Shown: positions 58,697 through 64,000 of the stretch, piece after piece
How positions within the stretch are numbered: the first letter of the stretch is position 1
Layout of the letters: every line of letters begins with the position of its first letter
Assembly (NCBI GenBank): GCA_047495785.1
Contig: JBLDXI010000001.1
Span: 4,092,001 to 4,156,000, forward strand
DNA length: 64,000 bases
Direction of reading: 5' to 3'
Source: Lepidodermella squamata
Lineage: Eukaryota > Animalia > Gastrotricha
The notes under the pieces: model-generated
Told to the model about the DNA's origin: nothing
Seen by the model: the letters and a program-made list of their open reading frames with translations, nothing else
Databases searched by the model: none
Program-made: the position numbers and the translations under genes

Positions 58697-60456
58697 TGGA
58701 TATTTAACACATTCAGTTTTGAAGCATTGGGTTCTAGATATCTCTTTTGTTTTCACCGTTCCATAGTCTTGCCGATAGATTTCACAACAAATTTGAAGAT
58801 GTGAAAATGTAAGCTCTGGTTGGTACCTAATTTCTCTGTAATAACTCTCATCAAGTGGTATAATAGTTTGTCTCATACCGTAGCAGATGAAATTCAAGGC
58901 ACTATAAAATTGAGAAATCTTCGTAACTTGATACGTCCGATGTTCACTTTTCTTTGTATTTTCTTTCTATGTTTTTGTTAAAAAATGACTATGTTTTATA
59001 AGGAGCATTATAGGACTCAACCAAACACTCAATATCCTGATTTCATTCCATATATTCTTCTTAAAGTATTCTCTGTAGTACTTGTCAAATATGTGCAATT
59101 ATTGCTTGTTGGACTTGTTTTAATGAACAGCGAGGTCCGACTTTACTTTATTTTTCTTTTATCGAGCATGATCCCATAGCTGAGAACTCAACGTGGAATA
59201 AGGTGCGTATAGAAAACAACTCATGCAGAGAGACGTAGTCAGGTCATATCGTGAACTGTGATTAAAATCTGAACATTGAACATTCAGAAAGATCGCAAAT
59301 AGTGGTGTTTTGGTGCGATTCCGATATTCGTCGAGGTTGGCGCGGGACCCGCGCGTTTCTCGGTCTATACTCTGTACCGAGTTGAAGATCTCGACTGTCG
59401 AACAACGTCAACTACCGACTTCAAAAGCTGCCCGCTGAGCAGAACACGAACACCATCGTCGTCAAAGGCCACGGCTCAAACCGTGTGGCCAGTTCGAGGA
59501 CTGGATGGCTCGGCGAGTCATGGCTCGTGTCATGACTCGTCCCTCGAAGCAACCGTCTCGGCTACGTCGACACCGACTTCTAGGGTGCTAAGTACAGGGG
59601 TGCTGGGGTGTCGGAACACCCCAGCTCCGGGACTCCAACAAGAAGAAGGCTGAAAAAACACAGGGGGACCCTCTGGTTTCTTCGGCTGGGTGCCGAATAA
59701 AACGAGAAAACACCTCAGTTTTCCGGATCCTGCTTCGCACACTGCCGACTTCGCTCTGCGCGGCTTGGTTCGAAGCGTCAAGTCAACCGACCTGTTCTCC
59801 GCTTTTATCTCTTTTAGGAGGAAAAAGTGCTGTTGCTAGCACTCTATAATAGCACAGCGTTATGATTTGTGATTGGTAAGAAACTTTCTGGTATATTCGA
59901 TTCCCGCCATATAACAATATGAAAGCAACTGATTTATGGGAAAAAAACCCATAAAAGATCGAAGTTTGCTCAAGTTAGTCTTGTGACTCTTATATACTCG
60001 ACAAATTATTGCCGAAAGCGAAGTACCGCTAGGTATGGTTCAATCATTCCAAACAATCATCTCAATCAATGACCAAAAGGGGATCCTTGTATCGATTCTC
60101 AAAAGAACCATTTTCCTCTGCTGGTGAACAGGCAGCAGTCAGCAAAGAGGTCAAAGCTAATATCATTCCACAAGTAATTTTCACATAACATGGCAAGATT
60201 AATAGTGTAATATCTTCAGTGTTTTTACTAATCTTTGCAAATCATCATTAGATTTCAGTTGCCATGCTTGAATGATGATGTAGATCAGGCGCGTTAATAA
60301 AGTAGTCAAGCAGGATAATATGAAGGTAAGATGGAAACTAAATTGTCAAAGAGCCACAATGCATCAATAATCAACACTGCAAATGGCAAAGTTATTTTCG
60401 AAGTATATTCCGTCCAATGGCAAGCGGAACTGCATATATCAGATGAGTTCACAGCC

Positions 60457-63283
60457 TCAAGCTTTCTCGCAAATCAGCGGCACTGAGTCACTTGGGCATC
60501 TCGTAGCACTTGCTGTGCCACTGGCATCTCGCGAGAAACCTACGAAGACAACAATTGAGATTGATATTCATGATGAATGCATGCTAAGTTACGGAAAGCA
60601 CGCACTGCAGGACTGCAGTGGCAAAGTGACGACTTATCCCGTTATCACTTTAACTGCTAAACATAATTGGATCCGAATCCTGTGTCCGTCATAAGTCCAT
60701 TTTTTCGGGGCAACGATGCGTCGTAGAGCAAAATGCCTTGCAGCAAAATGTAGGGCATGACCCGGCGGTTCTTTTGACGCCGAATCTGGGGCCACAAGTT
60801 CTGAGCAGGTATTTGAAAATGACTGTGAAATAACGTCCAAATTTTGGATTAGAGCCAAGAATTAGACCCAAGAATTAGACCGAATTATAAGACCCAGATT
60901 ATGGCGCAACAATCGAAATTTCACTGTTTTTACAAGTTGTTTTCTGTGCATTCCTTGAAGTCTTTTGCCCCATATTTGGTGTCAAAAGTCAAAAGAATGG
61001 CTGGATCATGGCCTACATTTTGCTCTACGACGCATCGTTCACCCGAAAAAGGACCTTTGACAGACCCAGGATTTGGATCCACATATCGGATCCCGCAGTC
61101 TATTTTCGGCAGTTAGAGTGTTATTAACGCTCGTCCTATTTAAAAAACCCAATTTAAATTGATTTTATCGAAATAAATTCGCATACAACATAGCTAATAC
61201 TACTTACTAGTCTAATTTCAAAATGAAATTTCGTACAATATTTGCGTTAGTGTTTGGAATTTCTATGCCTGCGATCAAATGGGCCTGTAATATTCTGCAA
61301 TGGGTAACAGCGGACGGCAATAAACTCACATTGATTATAAAAAATATTAAAGTTGACGACTGCGCCTGTTCGATAGTCGTGAAACCGCGCCGGGTTTGGA
61401 CGGCGTTTGGCGCCCAGAAACATTCTACCGGCGTACTGGTACTGTGCCACGAGTTTGTTCAAGGACACCATGTCGGCGGCGATCGGCAGGGTCTTTGACA
61501 TACCTTGGCAATACTGCTGGGCTGACGTCCAAGTCATTCCTGGATCGGCAACGGTATTCGGTGTTACCACGCCCTGAAATGAAAAATACACAACTTCTTA
61601 CCAGAGGGGGCGCTGAGTGTTACTTACTGTCTCGGGGTCGGCGCAGTAGATTTCAGTGAGAAGGGTTGTAGCATCACATTCGATATCGTCGTAACCATAT
61701 GACCCTCTTGACTTAATTTGCAAGAGAATGCCTAAAGAAAAAATAAAAACTGTAGGGCATGACCCGGCGGTTCTTTTGACGCCGAATCTCATTCTCATTC
61801 TCATTCTCATTTTTTATTGCAAATTGTTTTTCAACAGTTAGCAAATAGTTAAGTTTAGTTTAGCAGAAAGTTGTTTCTTGGCGCCTCACCACAGAAGTCA
61901 CGTAGTTTACCAATGAAGGCGAATTAAATTTTATATGTTTGCAAAAAGCACTGTGAGAGTTGTTAATCTGGGGCCACAAGTTCTGAGCAGGTATTTGAAA
62001 ATGACTGTGAAATGGTGTAAAAAACATCCGGCCTTAGCTTTGATCCGATGTTGAGTTTGTTTTAACAATTTGGTTCAAGAATTTAATCCTTCAACGTTTT
62101 TATGTTAGAACACAGCATTATTTTGCCTAATTAGCTAGAGTTTCATCTTCACGCAACTTTTTGCATGTAAACTGAATGACTCAATTTTGGCTCCCGGATT
62201 AAAATAAAATTATGTTTTCCTAGTGGATTTACGAATCAAAACTAACAGTCGCCCTCGCCGTTAGGTTGCCCATTGAGCCAGCCCATCACTTGGCCCCAAT
62301 CGAGTAGCTGTCCGTCCGTAAACACAAATGATGCAGTAATCGCGGAATAGTAGTAACCAGAGCCGGCCAGGCTGTTGACCAAGTCCATTGACCCATCGTA
62401 GGGATTAAGGGAGGCTGGCAGGCCGCTAGACTGGCATGATTGCACTCCTTGTATGTAAGTATTCGCAGCTAAACGGCTGAGCCCACCTTTAATTGAAAGT
62501 ATTAGCAGATAATTTGATTTTCTGATATCTCATGGCTATTTCTTACTAATTGCGCACGTTGAACCCCTGTAGCCGCCTTTGCACGTACACACGTCCGTAT
62601 CGAAGCACATGCCGCCATTTTGGCACGGTGGACTGCAAGCGGCTGGTTGAAGAGAGGATGTGAAGTTAAATTATGGCAACAATATAGTTGAAACAGCAAA
62701 TTCCTATCTAAGCCTTTACATATCCTTCAATTATTCTTATAATCCTAACCGAGACCTCAAGTGACACTGCGAACTTCAGATGAATGAACCCGCTGGGTCG
62801 AATAAGTGGCTCGCTTCACCCACATGGGAACCAGTCTTTACGTGTATCATTTATTACCTGTCGGTTTCTCGCAAACACCCGTCAAAGCAGTCTTGCAATC
62901 TTCGGCGTAAAGTGAGCCAGTCGGGGATATAGCAATGCCTGCGTAAGATAACGTACAACAATTAACCAAAAATGGTCAATATCTGGTCAAAATCTACATG
63001 ACTTGGTGTCGCTGAAAGTAGCCGGCCCACCCATTCCGTCTGCGACCGCATCGTTGCTGCCGTACACTTGGTTGTTCAGCCAGATGTAAAACGGCGGTGT
63101 TCGGTCGCGTTTAAACCCGACCCATGCTGTCATGATGGTAGACGAGCTTCTATACTGAAGTAGACTATTAGCTCGTTCGTATTCTGCTGAGCTCTTGATG
63201 TCAAGCAATGTCATGCTTTTTGACTCGCAGTACGCTTTGGCATCGGCAAAGTTCTTCGCTTTCACGAACAGCTGCATTTTACG
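60457..63283 (-). CDS. Multi-domain C-type lectin/EGF protein (three CTL-like domains, one EGF); 5' end unresolved
   Basis: KNFADAKAYCES..AWVG..GVCEK; EGF CSPPCQNGGMC..CKGGYRGSTC; WLNGQPNGEGDC; MTWTSAQQYCQ..FLGA; terminal exon 60539-60457 (C)FSRDASG..CPSDSVPLICEKA* is absent from the ORF track. Confidence 0.75.
60646..61120. mobile_element. CAC...GTG-ended MITE (CMC/Chapaev-like) with long TIRs and 4-bp TTAT target duplication
   Basis: TTAT|CACTTTAACTGC...GCAGTTAGAGTG|TTAT; inverted arms over 150 bp (e.g. AACGATGCGTCGTAGAGCAAAATG / CATTTTGCTCTACGACGCATCGTT). Confidence 0.8.
61790..61964 (-). mobile_element. 5'-truncated non-LTR retroelement 3' end inserted into a fragment of the CAC-MITE
   Basis: The copy of 60749-60831 at 61751-62012 is split; AATCT duplicated at 61785 and 61965; - strand AATAAA followed by a (GAGAAT)n tail. 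Confidence 0.65.
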
Positions 63284-64000
63284 CTGAAAATAAAGCACTT
63301 TGATTAAAAGACGTTTTAGCGGCTGCTAGAAGTTCTAATAATTGACAATTTTACGAACTTGTAACTGAGTATGGTAAGAGGAATGTTGCGTCGAGAATGC
63401 GAGCTCGATATGGGGATGTCTTTCGAGGGTATTTTCTGTTTGGCAGTGCTTTCTACAGCAGACAATCCTTGGGACTAATATTGCATAGATGGACTCGACG
63501 CTCCGCAAAATGGTTATATCGCGAGTTTTGTTTCATGCGAAATTTATGAATGAAAACCTTGTTTACAACAAAACATGGCTTTCCCCAGTATGCGGCGAAA
63601 ATTGTCAATCTTGGGCAATGAGGCCGCGATTTCTCAACAGGTATGAAACTAATTAACCTACCGTACTGCCTGAAACGATTAGCAGCCTCGAATAAACGCC
63701 AGGGGTTAGAGGTCATTCGAAAAAATAAGTGTCAGTCCCGAAATACATGTCGTGTCATAACAGCAGGTGCTGATTAGCGTAGGTGTGCTTGTTTCTTAAT
63801 CCGCGCTGCGTAACATGTATACCTACTCATAGTGGACGAACGTCGGTTTCGTCCATAGAGCTAGTTTTGAGGTAGAGGTCCTACTCCTGACTGAGCCTTT
63901 AAACGCCATGGGCGCCAGATGTTTTGATGAATCAGCATCCCATGGCAATTTTTCAATCCCCGATTTCACATTCATGGTAATGCTCTTGATAAATAATTTG

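Noticed and set aside
59895-59910. TTCGATTCCCGCCA resembling a tRNA T-arm
   Set aside because: No cloverleaf or A-box could be built upstream.

Overview
This is eukaryotic (animal) genomic DNA from a compact, gene-dense genome with mostly 45-65 bp GT-AG introns; two motile-cilia genes are present and the taxon cannot be fixed from this window. In order, it contains: an intronless ResIII-type SF2 helicase behind a CCAAT/GC/TATA promoter; an intact glutaminase-ankyrin gene whose catalytic residues are replaced (a candidate pseudoenzyme); six GABA-B-like class C GPCR loci (one 2-exon gene, one frameshifted pseudogene, four intronless paralogues in two divergent tandem pairs); a LamG-like/EGF secreted protein; a tandem trio of TRIM-like genes with an unusual (RING)-B-box-coiled coil-ankyrin architecture; CCDC153/DRC12 followed about 157 bp later by an ankyrin-bearing MAP3K19 (operon-like spacing); and a C-type lectin/EGF gene. 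Many DNA-transposon relics and MITEs (Harbinger, Merlin, MULE, hAT, Tc1/mariner-pogo, piggyBac-like, CAC-ended), a truncated non-LTR insertion and a (GGAAA)42 microsatellite fill the spaces. The best candidates for novelty are the TRIM-ankyrin family, the dead glutaminase, the possibly horizontally acquired helicase and the GPCR subfamily with a rewired disulfide. Exon models were built by hand from splice sites and reading frame; no database search was run.
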